In this document: piece after piece, positions 9,491 through 19,766 of the stretch
Position numbering within the stretch: position 1 is the first letter of the stretch
Layout of the letters: each line of letters starts with the position of its first letter
Virus record (IMG/VR): IMGVR_UViG_3300021365_000003
Direction: 5' to 3' (one strand)
Source of the DNA: a virus
DNA length: 64,000 nt
Notes under the pieces: generated by a model
Databases searched by the model: none
What the model was told of the DNA's origin: nothing
The model's input: the letters and a program-made list of their open reading frames with translations, nothing else
Translations under genes and position numbers: made by a program

Positions 9491-10573
9491 ATGACCATAC
9501 AAGAATTTAACATAGGCAAAATCATACAAAACTCCTCAAGAAGGATTAGAACAAACTATAATAGTGATCTAGACTATAAGCTTTTCTTAGATACAGACTT
9601 GTTTCCACTTATCCCAAAAGACGACAAACTTATTGGGTTTAGTCAAGATTCTTTTGTTTTAGAAGAAGTAGCCGAACAATACAAAAAGTTTACAGATCTA
9701 ATAACAAGAAAAATGCTTCAGAAGAAAGTTGGTTTCGAGTTTTATAACTTTACAAAAAAACCAGACTTTTCCAATAACAACTTATTAGAAGCATACGCAA
9801 ACAATCTAAATACTTATTATGGCTTACTTGTAAATTACATAGACGGAAGAAATATAAAGATAAGAAACGTCACAGATTTTTATAATACCTTTCTAGATTA
9901 CATTGGAAAATACTCTAACATCTTGCCCTTGACTTTTTACAACTTAAACTTTAAGAAACGGTTGTATTTCGAAAACACCGGATTATCAATAGTCATAAAG
10001 CAAAAAGGCGCTGGTAGCCCAACAGGGATCTTTACAGACTTTCTTAGAAATACCAGAAGCACCAACGATTATGTAAAGATAGCAAATTTACAAGGCTTTG
10101 AGGTTGATCTTGCAAATCCTTATCGCTTGGTGTATAATCCATACAGAAAGATAAATAACGTTGACATCAAGCAGTTCTATACTGACAACTTTTTTAACTA
10201 TTTTGATTTAGAGTTTAGTTATCTTGACATGATGATTACAACAATGTATAATCAATACAACAAAGACCGTTTTGCGAACCACTTCTCTGACAAGGACAAG
10301 ATCTATTTTCCAAACGAGATGTGCAAGAACCAAATAAGAACAATAAAAGAAAACATTAATAAAGAAGGAACATTAACAAAAGAGCAAAAACTAAAACTTT
10401 ACTTTTTTGCGCTTCTATCGGAAACAAACCAAAACGAGATGCCAAATAAAGACAAGGTATTTCATAACGCTTTGGCCGTGGCGAATTCTCTTGACATGCC
10501 GTCCGCAATGCGCTATACTGTAGCCCAAGTCAGGAGATCGTCCAAGACCACCACGCTCACCCCGGTTTTTTAA
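9491..10573 (+). CDS. Hypothetical protein
   Basis: 360-aa AT-rich ORF, coupled to the next gene by a TAATG overlap. Confidence 0.7.
   Translation: MTIQEFNIGKIIQNSSRRIRTNYNSDLDYKLFLDTDLFPLIPKDDKLIGFSQDSFVLEEVAEQYKKFTDLITRKMLQKKVGFEFYNFTKKPDFSNNNLLEAYANNLNTYYGLLVNYIDGRNIKIRNVTDFYNTFLDYIGKYSNILPLTFYNLNFKKRLYFENTGLSIVIKQKGAGSPTGIFTDFLRNTRSTNDYVKIANLQGFEVDLANPYRLVYNPYRKINNVDIKQFYTDNFFNYFDLEFSYLDMMITTMYNQYNKDRFANHFSDKDKIYFPNEMCKNQIRTIKENINKEGTLTKEQKLKLYFFALLSETNQNEMPNKDKVFHNALAVANSLDMPSAMRYTVAQVRRSSKTTTLTPVF
10491..10519 (+). promoter_or_regulatory. Sigma70-type promoter inside the 3' end of the upstream gene
   Basis: TTGACA-17 nt-TATACT, about 55 nt before the polA-like start. Confidence 0.65.
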
Positions 10574-11757
10574 TGTTCCAAACCCTTGATACGAAAAACA
10601 AATGCCACGCTGTCTATGAAGACGGCGTTTTTCATTTTGACGGTGCTGAAACAAAAGCCGCAAAAACTTGGTCTTATCACCACGCAACCGACAAAGAAGA
10701 GCTACAGGTTGGAAACATTTGGGCTGGTGGTCGCTCTCTAAAAGAATGTTGCCCAGCCGATGTTATGCCAGAATACTTGGAGATTGAGAAAAAACTCCAA
10801 GCTTTTAACATGGCTTTTGGCGCCGTCGACTTTAACGTCCAAGAATGGTGCGTATACGACTTTATGCCGCTTTCTTTCCTGATTGATCTTTGCGAGGTAA
10901 AAAATAAAATAACTGAAAACGTTCTACAAAACTATACCAAGCCAAGATCTTATGACCACCTATTGGAAGTACACCGACTTCTCTCTGAGATGAACCACAA
11001 GCAAGTTCTTTTTGACTTTGATGTGGCGGCACAGGTAAGCACGACAAAGGCCTTACAAGGCAAACTACGAAGCCTGAGAGGTATAAACAAGTGGGTTCAC
11101 TACGATCCTTATGGCACAATCACAGGAAGGTTGAGCACAAAGCCAAATACGTTCCCGATTCTCAACCTCCCGCACGAGTTCAAAACAGCAGTGCGTCCGC
11201 ATAACGATCTTTTTGTTGAGTTGGACTATAACGCAGCTGAACTTCGCACAATGTTGGCTTTGGCCGGTAAAGAACAGCCCGAAGAAGACATCCACGAATG
11301 GAACATGAAAAACGTGTTCTCTCGCATTGAGGATCGTGATCAAGCAAAGAAGAAAGCTTTCCAGTGGCTTTACGGTAAAACCGCCGCAAACAAAACTTTG
11401 GAAAAGGTTTACGATAAAGATAAGATCAAAACTGACTGGTTCCATCACGATTTTATCAAGACACCATTTGGTCGTGCGATTGAGTGTGATGACGACCACG
11501 CAATCAATTATGTTATTCAGTCAACAACCGCAGACGTTGTTTATGAGAATGCAAGCAAAGTCAATGAACTTCTGAAAGGACGCCAAACAAGCTTAGCCTT
11601 TATCGTTCACGACTGTATTATTTTGGACCTAAGCAAAAAAGATCTTGACTTGATCGACGATTTGGTGCATACTTTCTCTAACACTCGCTTTGGAGACTTT
11701 CGAACGACCCTCAAGGCAGGTAAGACACTCGGCGGTATGCAGGAGATTGCTTTATGA
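10573..11757 (+). CDS. Compact family-A DNA polymerase (polymerase domain only)
   Basis: TITGRLS; motif A LDYNAAELR; motif B RDQAKKKAFQWLYG; NYVIQSTTAD; motif C VHD. Only 394 aa. Confidence 0.85.
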   Translation: MFQTLDTKNKCHAVYEDGVFHFDGAETKAAKTWSYHHATDKEELQVGNIWAGGRSLKECCPADVMPEYLEIEKKLQAFNMAFGAVDFNVQEWCVYDFMPLSFLIDLCEVKNKITENVLQNYTKPRSYDHLLEVHRLLSEMNHKQVLFDFDVAAQVSTTKALQGKLRSLRGINKWVHYDPYGTITGRLSTKPNTFPILNLPHEFKTAVRPHNDLFVELDYNAAELRTMLALAGKEQPEEDIHEWNMKNVFSRIEDRDQAKKKAFQWLYGKTAANKTLEKVYDKDKIKTDWFHHDFIKTPFGRAIECDDDHAINYVIQSTTADVVYENASKVNELLKGRQTSLAFIVHDCIILDLSKKDLDLIDDLVHTFSNTRFGDFRTTLKAGKTLGGMQEIAL

Positions 11758-12614
11758 TTGAAAAAGTTATTGGTATTGGCGACGGCGGAAGCCAGATTGC
11801 CGAACATTTTAAAAAGTATTATGATTATTCTGTTCTTTGCGTTTCTGAAAAAGGTGATATCAAGATCCCGAAAACGAAAAAAGTAGAAGAGTTAGAAAGT
11901 AAGATGTTCGAGACCAAGAAAAAGTGGTCAAAAACATTAAAAACCTTTGCTGCAGACGATAAGTTGCTTTTTGTTGTTAATGGAGCAGCAAGGTCAGCAG
12001 CAACTTCCTTGGTTTTGATGGAAGAAGTCAAAGAAAACCCAAAAACGGTTATCTTTGTTAAATCAGACCCAAATACAATCAACGGAACAGCAAAATTACA
12101 ACAAAGAGCCGCCCTGATGGTTATGCAGGAGTTTGCTCGCTCCGGATTGATCGAAAAAATGTTTATTGTTGATAATATGGCCTTAGAGAAGATCAGCCCA
12201 GAAGTCAACATTCTAAACTATTATGAACAACTAAACGATCTTATTGTTTCGACTTTTCACATGATCAACTTCTGTAAGGACCAGCGCCCCGTGCTAAATA
12301 CGACGGACGATCCGGTGGAAACCGCCCGCATCGCAACGTTTGGAGCCTTTAACGTCGAGAACGGTGAAAAAAAACTTTTTTATTCTCTTGACTTCCCGAG
12401 AGAGACGAGCTATACTTATGTTCTGAACGATGAGGCGCTAAAGGAACCGGCTAGGCTGATGAACATTAAAGACATCAACACAGCAGCAAACAATACAGAG
12501 CCATCAAATGCATCATCATTTGTTATTTATCGCTCGGACTTAGAACACAACTATGGATATATTGTTCAATACAGCACGATGATCCAAGAACAGTTGATAG
12601 AAAACCAGAACTGA
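11754..12614 (+). CDS. Tubulin/FtsZ-like protein (degenerate signature)
   Basis: N-terminal KVIGIGDGGSQIA matches the FtsZ/tubulin T1 loop; IVDN and LNDLI motifs are present; the GGGTGSG loop is not recognisable. Confidence 0.6.
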   Translation: MIEKVIGIGDGGSQIAEHFKKYYDYSVLCVSEKGDIKIPKTKKVEELESKMFETKKKWSKTLKTFAADDKLLFVVNGAARSAATSLVLMEEVKENPKTVIFVKSDPNTINGTAKLQQRAALMVMQEFARSGLIEKMFIVDNMALEKISPEVNILNYYEQLNDLIVSTFHMINFCKDQRPVLNTTDDPVETARIATFGAFNVENGEKKLFYSLDFPRETSYTYVLNDEALKEPARLMNIKDINTAANNTEPSNASSFVIYRSDLEHNYGYIVQYSTMIQEQLIENQN

Positions 12615-12652
12615 GGCACCACGATCGCCGCCGGACATTTTTTCGTTTTTAC

Positions 12653-12682
12653 GTGGATAAGATCCGGCGCTCGATCGTCTAA
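12653..12682 (+). repeat. 30-bp dispersed element, copy 1 of 10 (GTGGATAAGATCC-N4-CTCGWTCGTCTAA)
   Basis: Direct match to the consensus; preceded by C, so the DnaA box has one mismatch. Confidence 0.9.
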
Positions 12683-12728
12683 CTAATGTGAGGCGCTCAA
12701 GGGCGTCTGACCGATGAGAAACGAGTGC

Positions 12729-12757
12729 TTGACATTCGCCACTCTCTGGTGTATAAT
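12729..12757 (+). promoter_or_regulatory. Consensus sigma70 promoter for ssb-recA
   Basis: TTGACA-17 nt-TATAAT. Confidence 0.9.
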
Positions 12758-12810
12758 AAACTAAATTCGGTGGCCATTCGGGTCGCCGCAGCCAACCATA
12801 GGAGGTACAC

Positions 12811-13548
12811 ATGGCTATTGATATGAGCAAAATGAAGAAGAAGCTTGACAAGCTGAACAACAAGGGTAACGGCGGAGGTCGGTATCTAAAGATGGAGATC
12901 GGGAATACTTATGAGATTCGTATTCTTCCTACGCCTGATGGCGATCCATTCAAGCAGTATTTTGTCCACTATCGTGTGGGCGACTCTCAACCGTTCCTCT
13001 CGCCAAAGAAGAACTTCAACGAGGATGATGCGCTTGATCGGTTCGTGCGAAAACTTTATGATGAGGGTTCGGAAGAAAGCCGAAACATGGCTCGTGACTT
13101 GTCTGCTAAGGCTCGTTTCTTCTCACCTGTAATTGTTCGTGGACAGGAAGATGATGGTCCAAAGGTTTGGTCTTACTCGAAGACTGTATACCAGGAGCTT
13201 CTAAAGACTGTGCTGGATCCGGACTTTGGTGACATCACAGACCCAAGTGCTGGATTCGATCTCAAGGTTACTTACGATAAGCCGAATGGTAAGATGTATC
13301 CTGAGACCGTGGTTCGTCCTCGACCAAAGGCTACAAAGCTTTCCAAGGATGAGAATCAGACCGAAGAGTGGCTCGCAAACCTTCCGGACATTGATGGAAT
13401 GCAAACCCGAAAGACTCCGGCAGAGGTTCAGGAAATCCTAGATGCCTTTCTTATGTCTGACGACGTAGATCCGGAAGAGATGGCTAGTGAGACTATCCGC
13501 TCTGGTGGCGGCAGTCGAGTGGCCAACGCAATTGCCGACTTGGTATAG
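12811..13548 (+). CDS. Single-stranded DNA-binding protein (T4 gp32-like)
   Basis: IRILP..DGDPF...VHY, RFFSPVIVRG.E..GPKVW and DPDFGDITDP..GFD motifs; acidic C-terminus. Confidence 0.85.
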   Translation: MAIDMSKMKKKLDKLNNKGNGGGRYLKMEIGNTYEIRILPTPDGDPFKQYFVHYRVGDSQPFLSPKKNFNEDDALDRFVRKLYDEGSEESRNMARDLSAKARFFSPVIVRGQEDDGPKVWSYSKTVYQELLKTVLDPDFGDITDPSAGFDLKVTYDKPNGKMYPETVVRPRPKATKLSKDENQTEEWLANLPDIDGMQTRKTPAEVQEILDAFLMSDDVDPEEMASETIRSGGGSRVANAIADLV

Positions 13549-13555
13549 GGGGTTT

Positions 13556-14641
13556 ATGGGGATCAAAGATCTAAAAGATATCCTAAATAAGAAAATGGGC
13601 GCAATCGTCGCTCATGATCTTACAAAGGAAAACCCAACAGAGGTGAAAGATTGGATCCCCACAGGTTCTCGGTGGCTTGACTCTATTATTTGTAAGGGTC
13701 AAGTTGCCGGGATCCCTGTTGGGAAGTGGACTGAAATCGCCGGCCTGGAGTCGACGGGTAAGTCTTACATGGCGGCACAGATTGCTGCTTCGGCTCAACG
13801 TAAAGGTATTCAGGTTGTTTATTTTGATTCAGAATCATCAATCGATCCTGCTTTCTTGACGTCGGCAGGTTGTGAGCTAGAGGATTTGCTTTATGTTCAG
13901 GCAACTACCGTTGAAGATGTGCTTGGATCAATAGAAACAATCCTAGAACAAACCGAAGATCGTGTTTTGTTTATTTGGGACTCGTTGGCTATGACACCAG
14001 CAAGAGCAGATCTAGAGAAAGATTTCAACCCTCAAGCAACAATGGCAATGAAGCCAAGAGTGCTAGCAAAGGGAACAGAAAAGCTTTCAATTCCAGTCGC
14101 AGACAAGCAAGCAACTGTTTTGATTCTAAATCAGCTCAAAACAAACATTACCTCAAACATCGCTGAGGCAATGACCACACCTTTCTTCACTCCAGGCGGC
14201 AAAGCACTTTCGTATGTTTATTCGCTTCGGATTTGGCTTACAGGTTCAAAAGCAAAGAAAAACTTTATTACAGATGAAACTGGCTTCCGCCTTGGTAAGC
14301 TTGTGCGCTGTAAGCTAGAAAAGTCAAGGTTTGGAACCGAAGGTCGAAACTGTGAGTTCAAGATTATGTTTGGGACAGACAGCCCAGGTATTCTTGATGA
14401 GGAGTCTTGGTTGGATGCAATTAAGATTTCCGATCGAGTAAAGTCCGGTGCGTGGTATACTCTAACGTTCCGTGATGGGACCGAGAAAAAGTTCCGTGCT
14501 GCTGATTGGCTCAAAGAGCTAGAAGATCCTTTATTCCGACGTGAGATCTTAGATATCATGGACGAAGTAGTAGTAAGGAAATTCGATGAAAGAACAGGAA
14601 ACGCAGAAGATTACTACGACGAAGAGAGCACCGACGAGTAG
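13556..14641 (+). CDS. uvsX: RecA/UvsX recombinase
   Basis: IPTGS..LD, Walker A GLESTGKS, YFDSE, IWDS, LNQL and TPGGKAL motifs. Confidence 0.93.
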   Translation: MGIKDLKDILNKKMGAIVAHDLTKENPTEVKDWIPTGSRWLDSIICKGQVAGIPVGKWTEIAGLESTGKSYMAAQIAASAQRKGIQVVYFDSESSIDPAFLTSAGCELEDLLYVQATTVEDVLGSIETILEQTEDRVLFIWDSLAMTPARADLEKDFNPQATMAMKPRVLAKGTEKLSIPVADKQATVLILNQLKTNITSNIAEAMTTPFFTPGGKALSYVYSLRIWLTGSKAKKNFITDETGFRLGKLVRCKLEKSRFGTEGRNCEFKIMFGTDSPGILDEESWLDAIKISDRVKSGAWYTLTFRDGTEKKFRAADWLKELEDPLFRREILDIMDEVVVRKFDERTGNAEDYYDEESTDE

Positions 14642-15017
14642 GGAAAGGAGGATGCTGGGCCTTGCTGCAAAGCAGGCCAGCACCTCTAACTTCCCTGTGT
14701 TTAGGCACGGTGCTGTTTTAGCGAAGGGATCAAAAGTTTTGAGTTTGGGCGTCAATAAGAATCAGTTTAATTCTTTTGCGGCTAAGTTCAAGAAAAAACC
14801 AGAACACGCTACTGTTCACGCAGAACTTGGTTGTATTCTAGGGGTTGACAGACGTTCAACCTCTGGAGCAACCATTTATGTCGTGCGCATTAGCCCACAA
14901 GGAGAATGGCGTATGTCAAAGCCTTGTTGTATGTGCCAAGCCGCAATGCGGCACGTTGGTATCAGACGAGTGATTTACTCTGTCGACGAAAAATTTATAG
15001 GAGAAATGAAATTATGA
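14586..15017 (+). CDS. Zinc-dependent cytidine/deoxycytidylate deaminase family protein
   Basis: HAE and SKPCxxC motifs, plus HGAVL. Confidence 0.85.
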   Translation: MKEQETQKITTTKRAPTSRERRMLGLAAKQASTSNFPVFRHGAVLAKGSKVLSLGVNKNQFNSFAAKFKKKPEHATVHAELGCILGVDRRSTSGATIYVVRISPQGEWRMSKPCCMCQAAMRHVGIRRVIYSVDEKFIGEMKL

Positions 15018-15409
15018 ACGGACAACTAGTTGAATACCACAACCCATCATATGGCGAGCGGTATGGTGTTGTAAAAGAAATGCGAAAAGATGGAAAAACG
15101 TTGATTGCGACAAGCTGGCACGCATTATCCGGAGGCAAGTTCGGGCCGACAACAAGAACGTCAGGCGAAAAAGCTTTTATTAGACTAACACCAGAAGACA
15201 TGTATACTCGTCAAGGGTCAATCCAAGACCATTTTGAACGACTTTGGAAGACAAGAAATGGGGGTGTGGCCCCTACAAAGACCCTTGTATTTGCGAACAC
15301 ATTAGCAGACGGGACACTTGAAGGAGAGATTAGTTTCTTACCAGCCCAGATGGCCGAAGAACTAGTCGACTATTTTCTGAGTGAGGGATGGTTTGCAAAT
15401 GCCGAATAA
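15014..15409 (+). CDS. Hypothetical protein
   Basis: ATG at 15014 with SD GGAG; ATGA overlap with the upstream gene. Confidence 0.65.
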   Translation: MNGQLVEYHNPSYGERYGVVKEMRKDGKTLIATSWHALSGGKFGPTTRTSGEKAFIRLTPEDMYTRQGSIQDHFERLWKTRNGGVAPTKTLVFANTLADGTLEGEISFLPAQMAEELVDYFLSEGWFANAE

Positions 15410-16382
15410 AAAGATTATGATCATCGATGCCCTCAATATGTTTTTGAGGTCATATGTTGTAAACCCCTCTCTTGGACCTAATGGGGATCCGATCGGTGGG
15501 TTCTATGGCTTTCTCAAGTCAATGCAGAAATGTATTCGTGAGATCGATCCGCAAGAAGTCCACATCTGTTGGGACGGACCAGGAGGGGCAGTTCGCAAAA
15601 GATCCGAGAACAAAGGATACAAAGAAGGTCGTAAGCCAATCAAAATGAATTGGAACTATAACCATCTTACTGACGATGACAAACTAAAAAACAAAGTTTG
15701 GCAACAACTGCGCTTGATAGAGTATTTGGAGACCTTGCCGGTAAAGCAATACCTCCACAAAGGAATAGAGGCTGATGATATTATTGCTTATTTATGTACT
15801 TTCCCAGGCTCGAAAGACGCAGTAAAGATCATTGTATCCAGCGACAAGGACTTTTTACAGCTTTGCTCTAATGATACTATTTTATACCGTCCCATTTCAG
15901 ATAGTTTTGAGACTCATAAAACAGTAACAGAAAAGTATAAAGTTCACCCAACCAATATGGCGCTGGCTAGGGCCGTAGAGGGCGACAAATCAGACAACCT
16001 ACCCGGTGTGAAGGGTGTCGGCATCAAGACGCTTGTAAAGGCCTTTCCGTTCCTTTCAGAGGATAAGTTCTATGGGGTTGATGACATTCTCAAAGGCTGT
16101 AGAAAGGTAGAAAAGAAAATGTCTGTCCATAAAAAGCTGCTAGAGTCCAAGGACCTTTTATACAGCAATTACAAAATGATGCAACTTTATGCGCCAGACA
16201 TTCCGATTGGGGTTGCGGACGGCACAAAAGAAGTGTATAATGAACCGTTCTCGTATAGTCAAAAAGACTTTGATGCGAAACTGATTAAAGAAGGGTTGGG
16301 TGCCTATGACTGGTCCTCACTCCGTCTTTTTTCTAGAATGGTAATGAACAACCAAAGAACCCTAGCGAAACAAGGAGCATAG
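15399..16382 (+). CDS. 5'-3' exonuclease / T4 RNase H-like flap endonuclease
   Basis: IIDALN, WDG, YKEGR, EADD, SSDKDFLQL and GDKSDNLPGVKGVG motifs. Confidence 0.92.
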   Translation: MPNKKIMIIDALNMFLRSYVVNPSLGPNGDPIGGFYGFLKSMQKCIREIDPQEVHICWDGPGGAVRKRSENKGYKEGRKPIKMNWNYNHLTDDDKLKNKVWQQLRLIEYLETLPVKQYLHKGIEADDIIAYLCTFPGSKDAVKIIVSSDKDFLQLCSNDTILYRPISDSFETHKTVTEKYKVHPTNMALARAVEGDKSDNLPGVKGVGIKTLVKAFPFLSEDKFYGVDDILKGCRKVEKKMSVHKKLLESKDLLYSNYKMMQLYAPDIPIGVADGTKEVYNEPFSYSQKDFDAKLIKEGLGAYDWSSLRLFSRMVMNNQRTLAKQGA

Positions 16383-16384
16383 CT

Positions 16385-17773
16385 ATGATTAAAGATACAA
16401 CATTTGGTAATAAAGACGGGTTCGAGAAGTTTGGTAAGTCTTTCCAAGAAAAGCTTTGCAAACTTATTATGTTCGATCGTCCTTTTGCCGATCAAATGGA
16501 AGAAGTCCTGGACGTGTCTTTTTTCGAGAACAAAGCTTTACAAGAACTAACAAAGCTTATTTTCAGACATAGAACAGAATACAGTGTTCATCCGTCCGAA
16601 GAAACCTTAGAGACTTTGGTAAGAACTGAAATCACAGATCTTCCAGAGTCAGTCCAGGCAACGATTCGAAACTTTGTTGCAAAATCTATTGGAAACCAGA
16701 TTGTAGCAGATTCTGATTATATTAAGAATCAGGCATTAGACTTTTGCAAGAAGCAGAAACTCCAAGAAGCTATTTTACATTCTATCTCTTTGATCAAAAG
16801 CTCTTCGTTTGACGAGGTGAAAGGAGTTATCGACGAAGCACTAAAGCTTGGAATGGACAATGACTTTGGTCACGACTTTATCAAGGACTTTGATGCTCGG
16901 TATGTGGAAAAGCCCAGGCACCCCGTTACAACAGGATGGTCGCTTATTGACGATCTAACACAAGGTGGCCACGGTATTGGAGAACTAGGTGTAGTTATCG
17001 CACCAACAGGAGCAGGAAAATCAATGGCCTTGGCCCATCTAGGAGCACAAGCTGCGAAAGCAGGTAAGACTGTTGTTCATTATACACTAGAGCTGTCTGA
17101 TAAGGTGGTAGCACAAAGATACGATTCTTGTATTTCCGAGATCAAACTAAACGAACTAAGAAATAGAAAAGAAGATGTTTTAGACTCGATTAAAGAGATT
17201 GAGGGCGCCATTATTGTAAAGGAGTATCCAACAAAATCAGCATCTGTTGCGACTCTTGACCGCCACTTGGAAAAGCTAGTATCAAGAGGCATTCCTATTG
17301 GAACAATCGTTGTTGATTATGCCGATCTTTTAAAGTCCGTAACTAGTTATAAGGACAAAAGATTTGAACTTGAATCTATCTATGAAAACCTACGAGGTCT
17401 AGCACAAAAATACGCTTGTCCTATTTGGACCGCATCTCAGACAAACCGCTCTGGTGTTAATGCCGAAATCGTAACGATGGAAGCTATTTCAGAAGCATTT
17501 AGTAAGTGCTTTGTTGCTGATTTTATTTGCTCGCTCTCTAGGACAATCGATGATCGAAACAATAATACCGGCCGTTTGTATGTCGCAAAAAACAGAAACG
17601 GTGCGGATGGGCTAGTTTTTCCTTTATATATGGATACCAGCAATGTTAAGATTCGAGTTTTGGAGCCAACAAATGAATCAATCGAAGATCTAAAAAAGAA
17701 TACAGCAAAAAGACAGATGAATCATCTGCGAGAACAATACAAACAAATGAAAACTGAAGGAGAAAATAGTTAA
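16385..17773 (+). CDS. Replicative DNA helicase (DnaB/T4 gp41-like)
   Basis: Walker A APTGAGKS, YTLEL, VVDYADL, WTASQTNR and KNRNG motifs. Confidence 0.93.
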   Translation: MIKDTTFGNKDGFEKFGKSFQEKLCKLIMFDRPFADQMEEVLDVSFFENKALQELTKLIFRHRTEYSVHPSEETLETLVRTEITDLPESVQATIRNFVAKSIGNQIVADSDYIKNQALDFCKKQKLQEAILHSISLIKSSSFDEVKGVIDEALKLGMDNDFGHDFIKDFDARYVEKPRHPVTTGWSLIDDLTQGGHGIGELGVVIAPTGAGKSMALAHLGAQAAKAGKTVVHYTLELSDKVVAQRYDSCISEIKLNELRNRKEDVLDSIKEIEGAIIVKEYPTKSASVATLDRHLEKLVSRGIPIGTIVVDYADLLKSVTSYKDKRFELESIYENLRGLAQKYACPIWTASQTNRSGVNAEIVTMEAISEAFSKCFVADFICSLSRTIDDRNNNTGRLYVAKNRNGADGLVFPLYMDTSNVKIRVLEPTNESIEDLKKNTAKRQMNHLREQYKQMKTEGENS

Positions 17774-19632
17774 TGGAACTTGCTACAAAGATTTTATCAG
17801 ACATCACGGTGCACATGAAGTACGCCAAATACGACCCGGTCCAACAGCGTAGGGAAAGTTGGGACGAGTTGGTAAATAGAAATATGTATTTGCATGTTAA
17901 GAAATACCCAGATCTAGCCGGGGAGATCGTCAATGTTTATGAGGACTATGTAAGACCTAGAAAGGTTCTTCCTTCAATGCGCTCAATGCAGTTTGCTGGA
18001 AAGCCTATTGAGGTTGCGCCAAACAGAGTATACAACTGCGCCTACCTGCCTATCGACCACTCAGCAGCTTTTTCCGAGACAATGTTTCTTCTTCTTGGAG
18101 GAACAGGTGTGGGATACTCAGTACAAACTCACCACGTTGAAAAGCTTCCTGAGATCCGCCGGCCAAATGAAAAAAGAACCCGTCGTTTTCTTATTGGCGA
18201 CTCAATTGAAGGCTGGGCTGATTCTGTAAAAGCACTAATCTTATCTTACTATCGTGGTACTTCTAGGATTCGTTTTGACTTTTCAGACATCCGACCAAAA
18301 GGTGCTCGTCTAGTTACATCAGGAGGCAAAGCGCCAGGACCGCAGCCTTTGCGTGAGTGTCTTGTAAAGCTTGAAGGCATTCTTTCACAGAAGGAAGATG
18401 GTGATAAGCTTGACCCAATCGAAGTCCATGATATGATTTGCCATATTGCGGATGCTGTCCTTGCGGGAGGCATTCGCCGTGCCGCTCTTATCGCTCTTTT
18501 CTCAGCTGATGATGATGAAATGATTGCTTCAAAGGTTGGAGACTGGTGGGAAGCAAACCCACACCGTGGTCGAGCAAACAACTCAGCTGTAATCCTACGC
18601 CACAAAGTTGATAAAGATTATTTTCTTTCACTTTGGGATCGAATCCAAAAGTCAGGTTCAGGTGAGCCCGGTATCTACCTATCAAACGATAAGGATTGGG
18701 GGACAAACCCTTGTTGTGAAATCGCACTTCGCCCTTATCAGTTCTGTAACCTAACTGAGATCAATGCTTCAGATCTTGACTCACAAGAAGAGTATGAAGC
18801 TCGTTGCCGTGCTGCTGCTTTCCTAGGCACGCTCCAAGCCGGCTATACAGACTTTCACTACTTGCGTGATGTTTGGCGAAGAACAACAGAGAAAGACGCA
18901 CTTATTGGCGTATCAATGACCGGCATCGCATCAGGAGCAGTGTTGGATCTGGATATGGAAGCAGGCGCAAGATCAGTAAAAGAAGAAAATAAAAGAGTTG
19001 CCGATCTTATTGGTATTCGACAAGCCGCAAGAACCACTTGTGTGAAGCCGGCTGGTACAACTTCACTAACGCTTGGAACATCATCAGGTATTCATGCGTG
19101 GCATAGTGACTATTACATTCGTCGGCTTCGCTTGGGCAAGAATGAAGCAATCTATTCTTATCTCTCGGAGAACCATCCAGAGTTAGTTGAGGATGAATAC
19201 TTCCGACCACACGACACAGCAGTTGTTTCAGTTCCTCAAAAGGCTCCTGAAGGGGCTATCTACCGAACAGAAAGCGCCCTATCACTACTCAAGCGCATTG
19301 AACGAGTTTCACGTGATTGGGTAAAGTCCGGACACCGGAAGGGAGAGAACACACACAACGTTTCAGCAACTGTCTCAGTTCGTGAAAGTGAATGGGATGA
19401 TGTTGGTGAATGGATGTGGGAAAACAGGAATGTCTATAACGGTCTCTCTGTTCTTCCCTATTCTGATCACACGCACGTTCAGTTACCTTTCCAAGAGTGC
19501 TCAAAAGAAGAATACAATGCTTTGCTTGGAGCGCTAAAAGATGTTGATCTTACAAAGATCATTGAAACAGAAGACAATACAGACTTAGCAGGCGAACTAG
19601 CTTGCGTCGCCGGAAGCTGCGAAGTAAAATAA
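17773..19632 (+). CDS. nrdJ: Class II (adenosylcobalamin-dependent) ribonucleotide reductase
   Basis: LPSMR..QFAG, YNC, GGTGVGYS, TNPCCEIAL, FCNLTE, VKPAGTTS and a C-terminal CVAGSC; no beta-subunit gene nearby. Confidence 0.9.
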   Translation: MELATKILSDITVHMKYAKYDPVQQRRESWDELVNRNMYLHVKKYPDLAGEIVNVYEDYVRPRKVLPSMRSMQFAGKPIEVAPNRVYNCAYLPIDHSAAFSETMFLLLGGTGVGYSVQTHHVEKLPEIRRPNEKRTRRFLIGDSIEGWADSVKALILSYYRGTSRIRFDFSDIRPKGARLVTSGGKAPGPQPLRECLVKLEGILSQKEDGDKLDPIEVHDMICHIADAVLAGGIRRAALIALFSADDDEMIASKVGDWWEANPHRGRANNSAVILRHKVDKDYFLSLWDRIQKSGSGEPGIYLSNDKDWGTNPCCEIALRPYQFCNLTEINASDLDSQEEYEARCRAAAFLGTLQAGYTDFHYLRDVWRRTTEKDALIGVSMTGIASGAVLDLDMEAGARSVKEENKRVADLIGIRQAARTTCVKPAGTTSLTLGTSSGIHAWHSDYYIRRLRLGKNEAIYSYLSENHPELVEDEYFRPHDTAVVSVPQKAPEGAIYRTESALSLLKRIERVSRDWVKSGHRKGENTHNVSATVSVRESEWDDVGEWMWENRNVYNGLSVLPYSDHTHVQLPFQECSKEEYNALLGALKDVDLTKIIETEDNTDLAGELACVAGSCEVK

Positions 19633-19670
19633 CGACCGCTCTGCTCGATCCGGCCGGAAGCAAATAACAC

Positions 19671-19699
19671 TTGACTTCCGGCCGGATGCGTGCTAGAAT
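19671..19699 (+). promoter_or_regulatory. Sigma70-type promoter overlapped by a 13-bp inverted repeat
   Basis: TTGACT-17 nt-TAGAAT with extended TG; inverted repeat 19648..19660 / 19675..19687. Confidence 0.75.
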
Positions 19700-19766
19700 G
19701 ATATCTGTTGAGTGGAGGAGCGCCCGTCGCCCCCGGCTCGCAAACTAACATAAATGGAGGACAATT

